DNA of 63,838 bases, the filler included, from Octopus bimaculoides (Eukaryota): the NCBI RefSeq assembly GCF_001194135.2. It is 7 parts of 7 records of this genome, joined end to end, with 100 filler letters (N's around TTAATTAATTAA, not from the genome) between each part and the next. Parts side by side here need not be neighbours in the genome. Positions count along the whole stretch, not along the records: positions 36,696 to 51,332 come from NC_068989.1; 6 more parts are not named here. One strand, 5' to 3'. Of this stretch, positions 38,451 through 51,432 are shown in pieces. The notes beneath the pieces are model-generated. The model searched no databases and had not been told where the DNA came from. It saw only the letters and a list, made by a program, of their open reading frames with translations. Within the stretch, counting starts at the first letter, position 1. Each line of letters opens with the position of its first letter. Both the position numbers and the translations under genes were made by a program.

Positions 38451-38665
38451 GGTTTCAAATTTTAACTCAAGGCCGGCAATTTTGAGGGTTGAGGTAGACC
38501 AATTATATCAACTCCAGTGCTCCACTGGTACGCATTTTATTGACCCTGAAAAGATGAAAGGCAAAGTTGACCCTGGCAGAATTTGAACTTAGAACATGAA
38601 GACAAGCAAAGTGCGACTAAGCATCTTGTCCAGCATGCTAACGATTCTGTCAGCTTGCTGACTTA
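38451..38665 (-). mobile_element. tRNA-derived SINE, type B
   Basis: Reverse-complement B-box and central domain; flanked by gtaatttcaatatt at 38437-38450 and 38669-38682. Confidence 0.85.
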
Positions 38666-38682
38666 AAAGTAATTTCAATATT

Positions 38683-38897
38683 CTTTTCCACTCTAGGCAC
38701 AAGGCCCGAAATTTTGGGGGAGGAGGCCAGTTGATTAGATTGACCCCAGTATGCAACTGGTACTTAATTTATTGACCCTGAAAGGATGAAAGACAATGTC
38801 AACCTTGGCAGAATTTGAACTCAGGACGTAAAGACAGACGAAATACCGCTAAGCATTTCACCTGGTGTGCTAACATTTCTGCCAGCTCGCCGCCTTG
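38683..38897 (-). mobile_element. tRNA-derived SINE, type B, sharing a TSD copy with the previous element
   Basis: 17-bp TSD aaagtaatttcaatatt at 38666-38682 and 38898-38914. Confidence 0.9.
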
Positions 38898-39314
38898 AAA
38901 GTAATTTCAATATTGTCAAAGAAATACTTGCTCATACATAGTCATGCCTCAACTTCTAAAATGACTTTATAATAAATCAATCATTTTTATCCTATGCCCC
39001 ACTATGAACAAGCAAAATTAGTATATAGGATATTATCATCATAAAGAGTCGGACTGGATGGTTTGACAAGATCTGACAGACCAGAGAACTGTGTCAAGTT
39101 CCAGTATCTGTTTAGCATGGTTTTTACAACATGATGCCTTTTGTAACACCGACTACTCTACAGAGTGAACTGGGTGCTTTTTTATGTTACCAGCACCAAC
39201 TAGTGAGGTCACCGAAGTAGCCTACAAGACAAGACTCCTTGACAGGAAGTGGATATAGTACTGAGAGAGGCAGAAGTATCTCAACAGGATAGGAATAAGT
39301 GTCTTGCTGTATGC

Positions 39315-39387
<73 letters not shown>

Positions 39388-40016
39388 CGTGCATGTGAAT
39401 TACATACTAACTTTAATGAAAGCTTTATTCACATGCTACTTATTTATTCCCTATTCTGAAGTAACCCAAGCTCTAGCAAAGTACAGCTTCACCCATCTGT
39501 TTTGATGTGCATCTTTCCTTTAGAAATGCTACTCTAATTTTGATATGATTTCAAATGAAAGCTTCAAGCAAATAGATACAATAACAAAGCAAACTACATG
39601 CCATTATGCAGTTCTGACTGCCCTCTGAGCTATCATATTCCTGTTGAAGTACACTTCCTTTGTTTCAATTCCATTTTGAAAATAAAGTAGAATTCAGAGA
39701 AAGCATTCTGTTGTTATGAAGCTGGTGTTTAAAACACAAATTTAACATAAAATTTCTATGGATGCTTTTGATGGAAGATCGCTTTAAAACAGTAAATCTG
39801 TATTATAGAACCAAAGGTGGTTTCAAGCAGGCTGCTATTAAAAGAGTTAATCATTTTGGTATCAGAGTTCTGTTGAAATACACAGTCTTTGTTTCAATTA
39901 ATTTGGAAAATAATAAAAAAAAACTTAGTAAAATAACTCTGTTATTATTAAGCCAGTGTTTGGAACATGAATTGATATGAAATTTTGATGGAAGGGTTTT
40001 GGTTAGTTCACTTTAA

Positions 40017-40297
40017 CCCTTTTGGTACCAACCCGGCTGAAACCGGCTCTGGCTCAGTACAAATGTCTTGTTTTCATAAGTTTTGAATTAAAATCTTCCA
40101 CCAAACCTTAGTCACAATTTATGTTCCTAACACTAGCTGAATGATAACTAAGTTCTTTTACTAAATTCTTTGTTATATTTGAAGTAATTGAAAGAAACAC
40201 AGAGCATCTCAAAATAGATACAGTAATGAAAGGGTTAAAACAGGAAGTTTGTACTATAAACCCAAGGGTGGTCACAAGCTGGTTGACATCAAAAGGG
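40017..40297. mobile_element. piggyBac-type MITE with two right ends
   Basis: TTAA at 40013-40016; inner end aaaggg|TTAA at 40234; outer end gctggttgacatcaaaaggg|TTAA at 40297 matches the left TIR over ~20 bp. Confidence 0.75.
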
Positions 40298-40756
40298 TTA
40301 AGGAACCAGAATACGGTTTGGCAAACTGCAGCATTGAGGGGTTAATTGCAAATGACAGAGACATACTTCGCAACACAGATGACAGGATACATCCAACATT
40401 TGGGGCAGTAGGTTGACACCCTCATTACTCCACTAATAGTGACACTCCTCCCACGAGATCATGGGGAACTTAATGTCCCAGTAATGAGTCAGATTAAAAT
40501 ATCAGACTCCTTGGGTTCAGAAATCTAAGGTTGTTCCTTGTGACATTAATATTTCTCACAGATAAGGTCAATAGGTCACCATCCTAATTGAATAACAGCA
40601 ACCTTGTATGTTACTGAGAACTTTTCTTTTTATGTATGTATGTAAGTATGTATGTATGCATGCATGTATGCATCTATGTATGCATGTGTGCGTGCATGTA
40701 TGTATGTATGTATGTATGTATGCATTCACATATATCTATATATGCATGTATTAATG

Positions 40757-40816
<60 letters not shown>

Positions 40817-41377
40817 TATATGTATGTATATATATACATACATAACTATAATGTATGTATTAATGTATGTATGTACATATACCTATGCATATAAGTATGT
40901 ATATTTTTATGAATGCGTGCTTCTATGCATGCACACATATGTATGTATTTATGTATGTATATGTCTATACATGTATGATGTATGTATGTATGTATATTCA
41001 TGTATGTATGTGTCTGTATGTATATCCTCTTCTGCTTTTAACTGTTTGAATTCTTCCTCTGAGAAAGAGCTGGTTCCTTACAAAGATACAAAGCTCAATC
41101 TTTGGCATGTAGATAACAAAAATGATATCAGATTTTAGACTTAAGAAAAGTCTTGCAGATTTTTACTGTTCCACTCACAAACAGTATTCATAATGTGCGA
41201 GTTAGCTGGCTGATTTCTTTTTCTGAAAGCCCTAGCTTATCCAGATTAGACATTTATTCACAAAATCAAGTGCACCAATTACTATTGGTATAAATGTAAA
41301 TTTATAACCTGGATATAGAAGCTGGTGGTTTTGAAGCAGTTGCTCACAGTTATCCTCTTTCGCTTTCATTTTCTAAG

Positions 41378-41423
41378 AGATGTTCACATCAGCTGGACAG
41401 CTGAGAGAGACTATCAGTTAGAG
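41378..41423 (+). CDS. Candidate 46-nt exon (xDVHISWTAERDYQLE)
   Basis: Strong acceptor tcctctttcgctttcattttctaag and donor GAG|gtatgg; only one frame open. Confidence 0.3.
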
Positions 41424-41639
41424 GTATGGAGTCTTTGAGCAAAAGCAAGTGGAGTATGCTGCTTTGAAGCATTCACTCCATAAGCAAGACTCAAGTGCAG
41501 TGCTTGCAGAAACCTGGTAGGAATTGAAGTGCAATGTGTGTGGCAATTTTTCTCAAGAGTTGAGTTTATCAGTCATCTAAAGCCACATGAGTCAGGGAGA
41601 AATTGAACTGTTTATTAGAGGGGTTATACTGACACTGTG

Positions 41640-41953
41640 TCACTTACAATGATGAGGGTTCCAGTTGATCCAGCAATGGAACAGCCTGCTTGTGAAATTA
41701 ACGTGCAAGTGGCTGAGCATTCCACAAACATTTTCACCCTTAACATAGTTCTCAGGAAGATTCAGTGTGATACAGAATGTGATAAGGCTGGACCTTAGAA
41801 ATGCAGGTCCTACTCATTTTTGCCAGCTGATTTGATTGGAGCAACATGAAATAAAGTGTCTTGCCCAAGAACACAATGCACTGCCAGGAATCGAACTCAC
41901 GACCTTACAATCGTGAGTCGAATACCCTAGCCACTATGCCACATGCCTTCACA
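41640..41953 (-). mobile_element. tRNA-derived SINE, type C
   Basis: Minus-strand head gtggcatagtgg (A box)...gagttcgattcc (B box), continuing into a non-tRNA body; related heads at 2473, 22940, 51100-51295 and 55541. Confidence 0.75.
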
Positions 41954-42396
41954 GAGGGGTTATACTTCCACATGAACTTACAGTACATTTGTATTGGAAA
42001 GAGAAGTAAGTGTCATATCTGTGAATATTTCTGCAGAATGAAAGCTGGGCTGAAAAGCTACATGCAGGCACAAGATAATGAATGTTCAATGACTAGGTGG
42101 TACTCTTCTGACAAGGAGTCGCAATCAGCATGTGCATTTATACTTATGTAAGCAAGGTTATATGCATATGCCTATGTATGTATACCTACAGATGTACATG
42201 CATGCATACATGTATATGTATGTTTGTATTTATTTATTTATTTATTTATTTATTTATGCATGTATTTATTTATACCTATGAATTGATGTATGTATTAATC
42301 TATGTATGTATGTATGCCAATATCTGTATGTATATATGCATAAGGAGAAAGAGGTATGTTGGAAAGAAGGAAAAACAAAAAGGAAAATGCATAACT

Positions 42397-42765
42397 AGAG
42401 AGAGAGAGAGAGAAAGGAAGAGAGAGAGAGAAAGGAAGAGAGAGAGAGAAAGGAAGAGAGAGAGAGAAAGGAAGAGAGAGAGAGAAAGGAAGAGAGAGAG
42501 AGAAAGGAAGAGANNNNNNNNNNNNNNNNNNNNNNNNNNNNNNNNNNNNNNNNNNNNNNNNNNNNNNNNNNNNNNNNNNNNNNNNNNNNNNNNNNNNNNN
42601 NNNNNNNNNNNNNNNNNNNNNNNNNNNNNNNNNNNNNNNNNNNNNNNNNNNNNNNNNNNNNNNNNNNNNNNNNAGAGAGAGAGAGAGAGAAAGGAAGAGA
42701 GAGAGAGAGAGAGAGAAAGGAAGAGAGAGAGAGAGAGAGAGAGGGAGAAAGGAAGAGAGAGAGGG
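42397..42765. repeat. Purine satellite (GA)n-AAGGAA, ~18-bp period
   Basis: Direct reading on both sides of a gap. Confidence 0.95.
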
Positions 42766-44915
42766 AACAAGCTATAATTCCAGAGATGTAGTTAGCATGT
42801 GAGGGAATAAACAGAAGATAGATAAAAAAAAATTACCAAAGTATATTGTATTTCTTTGGCTTACATCTAGCATATATTTGCTGCCCACGCTCCTTGAAGA
42901 AATGCAGAAATACTCAAACAACAAACTTCACAACAACAACAACAACATCATCAACATCAACAAGAAAAGCAAACTGCAAAAAGGAAAAGAAAAGTAAAAA
43001 AGAAACTACTTCTTTTATTCAGAAATTCTGTGCCAATTATTTGTTTATATTTGTATATTTTTTCTTAATTTATTTCCAATACACTCTGAGTATTGAACGA
43101 AAACTGGCGTATTAGCAACCATCAAGGATAAAACAATTTTTCTATTATTTTTTCTTTCTTCTTCACTTTTCATCAGCATCTCTTTCTTTCTTTCCTTTTT
43201 TACTCCCCTTTCCTTCTTTATAAATTTATCTGTCTCTTGTAGTATGCGTTGCTGTTATTGTTTTTAGAGGTGGAAGGGTTACTGATTGTTAGTTACTGGA
43301 GCACAGCCATGCTAGAGCAACTATCTTCAAAGACAGATGGAGAGTTTGCAGAATGTGCATAGGTTCTATTGTTGCAAGGAGTGAAAAGTTTACCATTTTG
43401 GACCATTGCCCTTTCAACAACGAATCATCATTTAACGTCTGTTTTCTATGCTGGCATGAGCTGGGTGTTTTGAAGAATCCAGCCAGCTGCAAAGTTGCAC
43501 CAAGCTCTAATATCAACTTTAGCATGGTTTCTATAACTGGATGCCCTTCTTAATACCAACCACTTTAAAATGTATACTGGATGGAGTTTTTTTTCAAGCA
43601 ACCAGAACCATTGTAGTGGCCAAGTAACTTGATAGACAGGATAAAAGCCCCTCTTATTTCAACTAAGTAGAGGAGGGGAAAATTTGAGAGGCAGTGGCTT
43701 TATGTCAAGCGTTGAGAGGGTAGAGTATGACAGAGGGACAAGCTGAGATGTCTTGTTACAGAGAAGATACATGGCTACTCCCATTATATAAGGGTGGGGT
43801 GAAGTAATAAGGGAAGAAGATAAAGGTGGTAGTGATGAAGTGCCCAAGCAAATTCTCAAAGTGCAAGAAGGTGAGCATAAGAGAGAATACAGAGAGTAGA
43901 ACTGCAGGGAGTCGGGGAATAAAGGAGATAAAGAAAAATAAAAGATGTTGCTAGCCCAACTGTTGGTACATCTCATATATCTCTACTCTCCCTTGAAAAT
44001 TAAGAGACAGATATATTAGATATTATAAGGAACCTGTGGCAGAAGTAGATCCAGGAAGATGTGTGACAAGATGGTGAAATGGAGTTTTTAGGATGTTGAG
44101 TCACACAGAGGCAATGACAAGTAACGAAGACTTCTGGCAAACTGCTGTGCTTGAGAAAAGAAATCAAGCTAAGTGAAATCATAGTTGCGGAAAGTGTCAG
44201 TGACACTTGAAAGGCACTTGTGCCGATGACATGTAAGAGGCACTTGTGCTAGTGACACATAAAAAGCACTTATGCCAGTAACACATAAAAAACACCCACG
44301 CCGATGACACAGAAAAGACAACCAGTACATTCTGTGGAGTGGTTGACATTAGGAAGGCCATCCAGTCATAGAAACCAAACCAAAACAGACTGGAGCCTGG
44401 TGCAGCTCTACAGCTTACCAGCTTCAATCAAACTGTCTAACCGATACCAGCAAGGAAAATGGACATTAAATGATGATCATGACTTTTCATAAAAAATCAA
44501 ACTGCAAACTCTCTGTTTCATTAAATGCCATAGATGTAGACCTTTGCAAGTTTTATTGCATTCCAGATTTTATCTACCATCAGTTATATAGACTCATCCT
44601 TTTTCTTATAATATTCCTTCACTGAGATTTATTTCAGTAACCTGGACAGAATTTGAACTCCAGTTGACATGGGTTTCTTTTTTCTTTTCTTTTTATAAAT
44701 GTATCTATCTATATATTTATCTATCTATTTACTTTCACATTATTAAGTGCTGATCTGTCCCCCCTGTAAATATTTATAGAATAAAAAAGAAATATTTTAA
44801 GAACAGAATTCCAGTGCAATGATTTGGTGTGAAAAAATATCGAATATAGACATATGTGTATGTGGTGTGTCTGTATGTACACATACACACACATAGGTGC
44901 AGATATATATATATG

Positions 44916-45808
44916 CAGGGTGTGATGGGTAAATTGTTGCCATTTTATATTTTTTATTTTGCACAAGCACATTGTTTGTTTTTGATTTTGTCAACTACAC
45001 AGCATGGTAGGGTAGGTTGGGCACTGTCTGTGAGAAAAACAGTACCAAGATGCAATTCGATCTGTCAGAAATTTGGAAATGGCATGCTGTACTGATTGGC
45101 ATTCATGCCAGAAGCTCTAATATGAACAAATGGTGAACACACAGAACAACTGTTAGCTTGCCTTGTCCCCAAAACATGTACCGAAAGTTATCACAATAAA
45201 ACATCCAGTCAACATCATGGTGTTTTAAGTGATCACTAGTGATGGCAACATTATGTCTCCATTCATCTTCCCACATGGCCTCAGACTCAAAATGGAGGCC
45301 TACATCAAGTGCTTGGAAGATGTTATGCTGCCCTGGGTCAAAAGGCGGGTGGCTGCTGGAAGACCCTTTGTCTGGTAACAGGACTCTGGACCATGCCACA
45401 CAAGCAGGAGAACCCAGTCATGGCTGTCAGACAATTTCTGCGACCAAGTCACCCCTAACATCTGGCCACCTAACTCCCCACACTGCAACGCCCTTGATTA
45501 TTGTGTGTGGGGTGCAGTTGAGTGAGAGACCAACAAAACTCCTTGTAGCACCAAAGATGAACTGAAGGCAAGGATTATGGCAACATTCGCCAACTTAAAC
45601 AAGGGGACCACCCAGAAGAGTTGCAGGAGATTCCAAAGTTGTCTGGAGGCTGTGGTTGAAGCCAATGGCGATTTTATTGAATAAATTTATCCTTTAGTAT
45701 TTCAAGATATTTTTATGTAATTTTGGTAAATATATCTGTTAAAAGGAGATGTCAGTGTTATTCTCATTTTTGCATAATTTAGATGACAGTTTATTTTACC
45801 ATACCCTG
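44916..45808 (+). mobile_element. Internally deleted Tc1/mariner of D37D (maT) type
   Basis: Imperfect TIRs starting cagggt and ending accctg|TA. Transposase remnant VW*QDSGPCH...WPPNSPHCNALDYCVW has 37 residues between the second and third catalytic D. Confidence 0.85.
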
Positions 45809-45811
45809 TAT

Positions 45812-45916
<105 letters not shown>

Positions 45917-46193
45917 CCGACACACAGACAGCCAGACAGTCAGACAGACACAGAGAGAGGGGGAGAAGGAGAGAGATAAATTGATGTGTATATGTATGTG
46001 TGTATGTACATATGTATATATGTATTTAGACCTATGAGGTAGACTTACAAGGATGTGTTTTTAGCAAACCCATTTTAGTGACACAGTAAAAATTAACCCA
46101 CCCCACCCGCACCCCCATGGATAAACCAGGGGGTTTTTTTTCAATCTGTGGCTAGAAAGAAAAAGGTCTGACTAGTCTCAATCTTTATTACAG

Positions 46194-46259
46194 GTTCATC
46201 AGGAATGGATTATTCACTTTCCTGATCTTAGAAAGCTTATCAGCTTAGAGCCACTTATA
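46194..46259 (+). CDS. Candidate 66-nt exon (VHQEWIIHFPDLRKLISLEPLI)
   Basis: Acceptor aatctttattacag, donor ATA|gtatgc, phase 0-0. The peptide also loosely resembles Tc1 transposase C-termini, so it may be TE-derived. Confidence 0.2.
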
Positions 46260-47240
46260 GTATGCATGAACTTTGACAGAATTAAATTACTTCATTTAAT
46301 TTGGCACAACAGTACAGGGTGAGATATTAATTAATTAATTTGTTACGTGAGAGTTTGAATGTACTACAATGAATTTTAGGCTATTATTCTCTCTGTAGTC
46401 AGGAAAGTGAGTAATCGATCTCTAATAAAGTAGTAACAAATCCTGAAACTAGTCAGGTTGGTATTTGTTCATTCAGTTTTCTATGTCTGTTTTTCTGTGC
46501 TAGCATGAGTTAGATGAATACATCTTACAGTGACATTGTTTTTACAGCTGGGTACCTTTCCTGTTGCTAACCAAAACTTGTTTTTCAGGTAAGGGAGTTT
46601 TCATTCATTTTCAAAAGTGTAAAGTTACCAGATGATTTATTGAAGGGGAAATGTCAACAACATTACTGTCCATAGTTCAAAGAATTTTTTTTGAGAAGTA
46701 GATACACATGCACACAAATATGCATACACACACACACAAACACACACACACACATGAATATGTATCAATATATTTATCTATAATTGTGTGGTAAGAAGTT
46801 TGCTATGGCACCTTTGGCAAGTGACTTCTGCTATAACATCAGGCTGGTCAAAGTCTTGTGAATGGATCTGGTAGAGAGAAACTGAAAGGAGTCTGTCATG
46901 TGTGTGTGTGTGTGTGTGTTTGTCACCCACCACTGCTTGACAACCGGTGTTGGTGTGTTTACATCCCTGTACATTAGCAGTTTGGCAATGAGACCAACAG
47001 AATAAGTACCAGACTTAAAAAAAGTACTGCGGTTAATTCATTCAACTAAAAATTCTTCAAGGCTGTGCCCCAGTATGACCACAGTCAAATGACTGAAACA
47101 AGTAAAAGATAAAGATAAATATATATTCTTTTACTTGTTTCAGTCATTTGACTGCGGCCATGCTGGAGCACTGCTTTAAAAGGTATTAGTTGAAGAAATC
47201 AACCCCAGGATTTATTCTTTGTAAGCCTAGNNNNNNNNNN

Positions 47241-49275
47241 GGAAAAGCACCACTGATGCTATATTTCTGGTAAGACAGCTGCAGGAGAAATACCTCGTCA
47301 AAGATAAACCTCTGTACATGGCTTTCGTTGACATGGAGAAAGCCTTTGACAGGATCCCCTGATGCCTTATCAATGAGGAAACTAGGGAGAGATGAATGGT
47401 TAGTGAGAGCTGTGTGAGCCATGTACAGGGACGCTGTCAGTAAGGTGAGGATTGGCAACGATAGAGTGAAGAATTCCGGGTAGAGGTAGGGGTCCACCAA
47501 GGTTCAGTCCTCAGCCCCCTCCTATTTATCATAGTCCTCCAGGCAATAACAGAGGAATTCAAGACAGGATGCCCCTGGGAGCTCCTCTATGCTGATGACC
47601 TTGCTCTAATTGCTGAGTCACTATCAGAACTAGAGAAGTTTCAGGNNNNNNNNNNGGGAGCTCCTCTATGCTGATGACCTTGCTCTAATTGCTGAGTCAC
47701 TATCAGAACTAGAGAAGTTTCAGGTGTGGAAGCAAGGACTAGAATCGAAGGGCTTTAGAGTCAACCTAGCTAAAACCAAAGTCCTAATAAGTAGGAAGGT
47801 AGACAAACCACAAACACCTTCAGGTAGATGGCCCTGCTAGATCTGAGAGAAAAGGCATAGGTAGAAACTCTATAAGATGTACCCAGTGTAAGCTATGGAC
47901 ACATAAGAGGTGCAGTAATATCAAAGGAAGGCTAACTAGGAAGATAGTTTTTGTACGTGGCAGATGTTCAGGAGCAATAAACACTGTAAATGTGCAGAAA
48001 ACAACTTCTGCTACATTCCAAGGAGAAAAACTAGATGTAGTTGATAGCTTCCGTTACCTAGGTGACCAAGTGAGTAACGGTGCGCTGAAAGTGTAGCTGC
48101 TAGAATAAGAATAGCCTGGGCAAAGTTCAGAGAGCTCTTACCTCTGCTGGTGACAAAGGGCTCTCGCTCAGATTAAAAGGCAGACTGTANNNNNNNNNNA
48201 AGTTCAGAGAGCTCTTACCTCTGCTGGTGACAAAGGGCTCTCGCTCAGATTAAAAGGCAGACTGTATGACGCATGTGTACGAACAGCCGTGCTACATGGC
48301 AGTGAAACACAGGCCATGACTGTTGAGGGCATGCATAAGCTCGCAAGGAATGAAGCCAGTATGCTCCGATGGATGTGTAATGCCAGTGCGCATACTCAAC
48401 AGAGTGTAAGTACCTTGAAAGAAAAGTTGGACCTAAGAAGCATCAGTTGTGGTGTACAAGAGAGACGATTGAGCTGGTATGGTCTTGTGGCAAGAATGGA
48501 TGAGGATAGCTGTGTGAAAAAGTGCCACACCCTAGCGGTTAAGGGAACTTGTGGAAGAGGTAGACCCAGGAAGACTTGGGATGAGGTGGTGAAGCACGAC
48601 CTTCGAACATTAAGCCTCACTGAGGCAATGACTAGTGACTGAGACCTTTGGAAATAGTTGTGTGTGAAAAAACCCAGAAAGACAAGTAAGACCATAACCC
48701 GTGGCCTTTACCAGGTGTGTAGCCAGCCCACTTATCCATACCTTTCCTTCATTGGACACTAAACTCTTCTTGCGAAGACCTGTTGAGGCAAGTGAAATTG
48801 AAATCGAACCAAATTTGATGACTGGCACCTGTGCCAGTGGAGCACTAACAGCACCATCCGAGCATGATTGTTGCCAGAGCAGATGTCTGGCTTCCATGCC
48901 AGTGGCACGTAAATAGCATCATTTGAACGTGATCGTTACCAGTGTCGCCTTCCTGGCACTTGTGCCGGTGGCACGTGAAAAGACATTCGAGCGAGGTCGT
49001 TGCCAGTGCCGCTGGACTGGCTCCTGTGCAGGTGGCACGTAAAATACACCATTTTGAGCGTGGCCGGCGCCAGTACCGCCTGACTGGCCTTTGTGCCAGT
49101 GGCATGTAAAAGCACCCACTACACTCTTGAAGTGGTTGGCGTTAGGAAGGGCATCCAGCTGTAGAAAGCAAGCCAAACCCGACTGGGGCCTGGTGTAGCC
49201 ATCTGGCTCGCCAATCCTCAGTCAAATCGTCCAACCCATGGTAGCATGGAAAGCTGACATTAAACGATGATGATG
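47241..49275 (+). mobile_element. 5'-truncated RTE LINE (RT, C-terminus, 3'UTR, tail)
   Basis: GKSTTDAIFLVRQLQEK...FVDMEKAFD, GVHQGSVLSPLLF, LLYADDL, C-terminal GRGRPRKTW, then hairpin array and (GAT)n. Confidence 0.95.
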
Positions 49276-49286
49276 GAAGGATGAAT

Positions 49287-49333
<47 letters not shown>

Positions 49334-49542
49334 TGTTACAGGAAGGGCATCAGGCCATGAAAAACAAAACAAATTACATCTCAGCCGTGCAAGTATGGAA
49401 AAGTAAACTCTAAGCTGATGATGATGTTGATTATATATAGAGAGAGGGGGAGGGAGAGAAAGAAAGAGAGAGGGAGGGGAGGAGAAAGTGAAAGTAAAAA
49501 TCAAATCAAAAACAAAGAATAGGAAAAATGAAAAAAATATGT

Positions 49543-49617
49543 CCCCCCCCCAGCTCTATACCCCCAGCTCTATACCCCCAGCTCTATACCCCCAGCTCTA
49601 TACCCCCAGCTCTATAC
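49543..49617. repeat. 14-bp minisatellite (CCCCCAGCTCTATA)n running into a gap
   Basis: Five identical visible units. Confidence 0.95.
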
Positions 49618-51018
49618 NNNNNNNNNNNNNNNNNNNNNNNNNNNNNNNNNNNNNNNNNNNNNNNNNNNNNNNNNNNNNNNNNNNNNNNNNNNNNNNNNNN
49701 NNNNNNNNNNNNNNNNNNNNNNNNNNNNNNNNNNNNNNNNNNNNNNNNNNNNNNNNNNNNNNNNNNNNNNNNNNNNNNNNNNNNNNNNNNNNNNNNNNNN
49801 NNNNNNNNNNNNNNNNNNNNNNNNNNNNNNNNNNNNNNNNNNNNNNNNNNNNNNNNNNNNNNNNNNNNNNNNNNNNNNNNNNNNNNNNNNNNNNNNNNNN
49901 NNNNNNNNNNNNNNNNNNNNNNNNNNNNNNNNNNNNNNNNNNNNNNNNNNNNNNNNNNNNNNNNNNNNNNNNNNNNNNNNNNNNNNNNNNNNNNNNNNNN
50001 NNNNNNNNNNNNNNNNNNNNNNNNNNNNNNNNNNNNNNNNNNNNNNNNNNNNNNNNNNNNNNNNNNNNNNNNNNNNNNNNNNNNNNNNNNNNNNNNNNNN
50101 NNNNNNNNNNNNNNNNNNNNNNNNNNNNNNNNNNNNNNNNNNNNNNNNNNNNNNNNNNNNNNNNNNNNNNNNNNNNNNNNNNNNNNNNNNNNNNNNNNNN
50201 NNNNNNNNNNNNNNNNNNNNNNNNNNNNNNNNNNNNNNNNNNNNNNNNNNNNNNNNNNNNNNNNNNNNNNNNNNNNNNNNNNNNNNNNNNNNNNNNNNNN
50301 NNNNNNNNNNNNNNNNNNNNNNNNNNNNNNACTTCTATAGTTATTTTGGTTAAGTCTATGTTGTGTATTTCTTTCTTACTTTTTTTTCTATGAAGGGTCT
50401 TTTAATATTTTTTTTCTTTTTATTTATTATTGTTTTGTTTTTTTTTGTTTGCTTCTTTCTCAGCACCATCTTTTTTTTTTTGCTTGTTTCTGTTAATAGG
50501 TGTCTCTATCTGGTGTTAAAAGCTATTATCCCACATCTCTGACATACTCACATCTATTTTGTTGTTGTTGTGGTTGTTTTTGTTGCTCTTTTCTTTTGTT
50601 TTTCTTAAGGAGAAAAGAAATAAATTATTAAAGTAGCAATATACATTTGCATAAAACACACACACACACATATATCTGCATACATAGACCTATCTATATA
50701 CTTTACATATATTACATACGTATATACATATCATCATCATCATCTTTTACATTTATATCCACTTTCCATGCTAGCAGATCTTTCACAGGATTCAATGCAC
50801 AGGGGTATTATGTCTTCTACCAAAGTCATATTTTTGGTATGGTTTTTCACAGATGGATGCCCCGACTAACAGCAACCACTTTACAGAATGTATCAGTTGC
50901 TTTTTTTGTTTTGCACCAACATTTTAGAGGTTACCTTGCCAGCAGCAAGTTATTATTCATCTTGATTACTAAACCCTTAAAGGTTATTTTTGTGGTACCA
51001 GCACAGGTAGGTCCTTAC

Positions 51019-51100
<82 letters not shown>

Positions 51101-51432
51101 GTGTAAGATAAAGCATCCTTCTTGAGCCCTATGGACTCACAAGGGTCAGTTTCCTGGTTCCTGTGGTGTATACATATTCACACCCTGGATGGAATGCTTT
51201 GCTCAAGAATTCAATGCATTGCCCAGTCCAGGAACTGAAACCACAATCTTATGATCATGAGTCAAACACTCTAACCACTAGGCCACATGCTTCCACCTAT
51301 ATATATATATATATATATATACATATATATATNNNNNNNNNNNNNNNNNNNNNNNNNNNNNNNNNNNNNNNNNNNNTTAATTAATTAANNNNNNNNNNNN
51401 NNNNNNNNNNNNNNNNNNNNNNNNNNNNNNNN

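Noticed and set aside
41870-41953. tRNA gene
   Set aside because: A and B boxes are present, but no complete cloverleaf or terminator is visible and it continues into a SINE body.
47550-48265. Exact direct duplications inside the RTE (around 47646-47655 and 48190-48199; similar at 35640-35790)
   Set aside because: Each flanks a 10-N gap, so these are unmerged contig overlaps.
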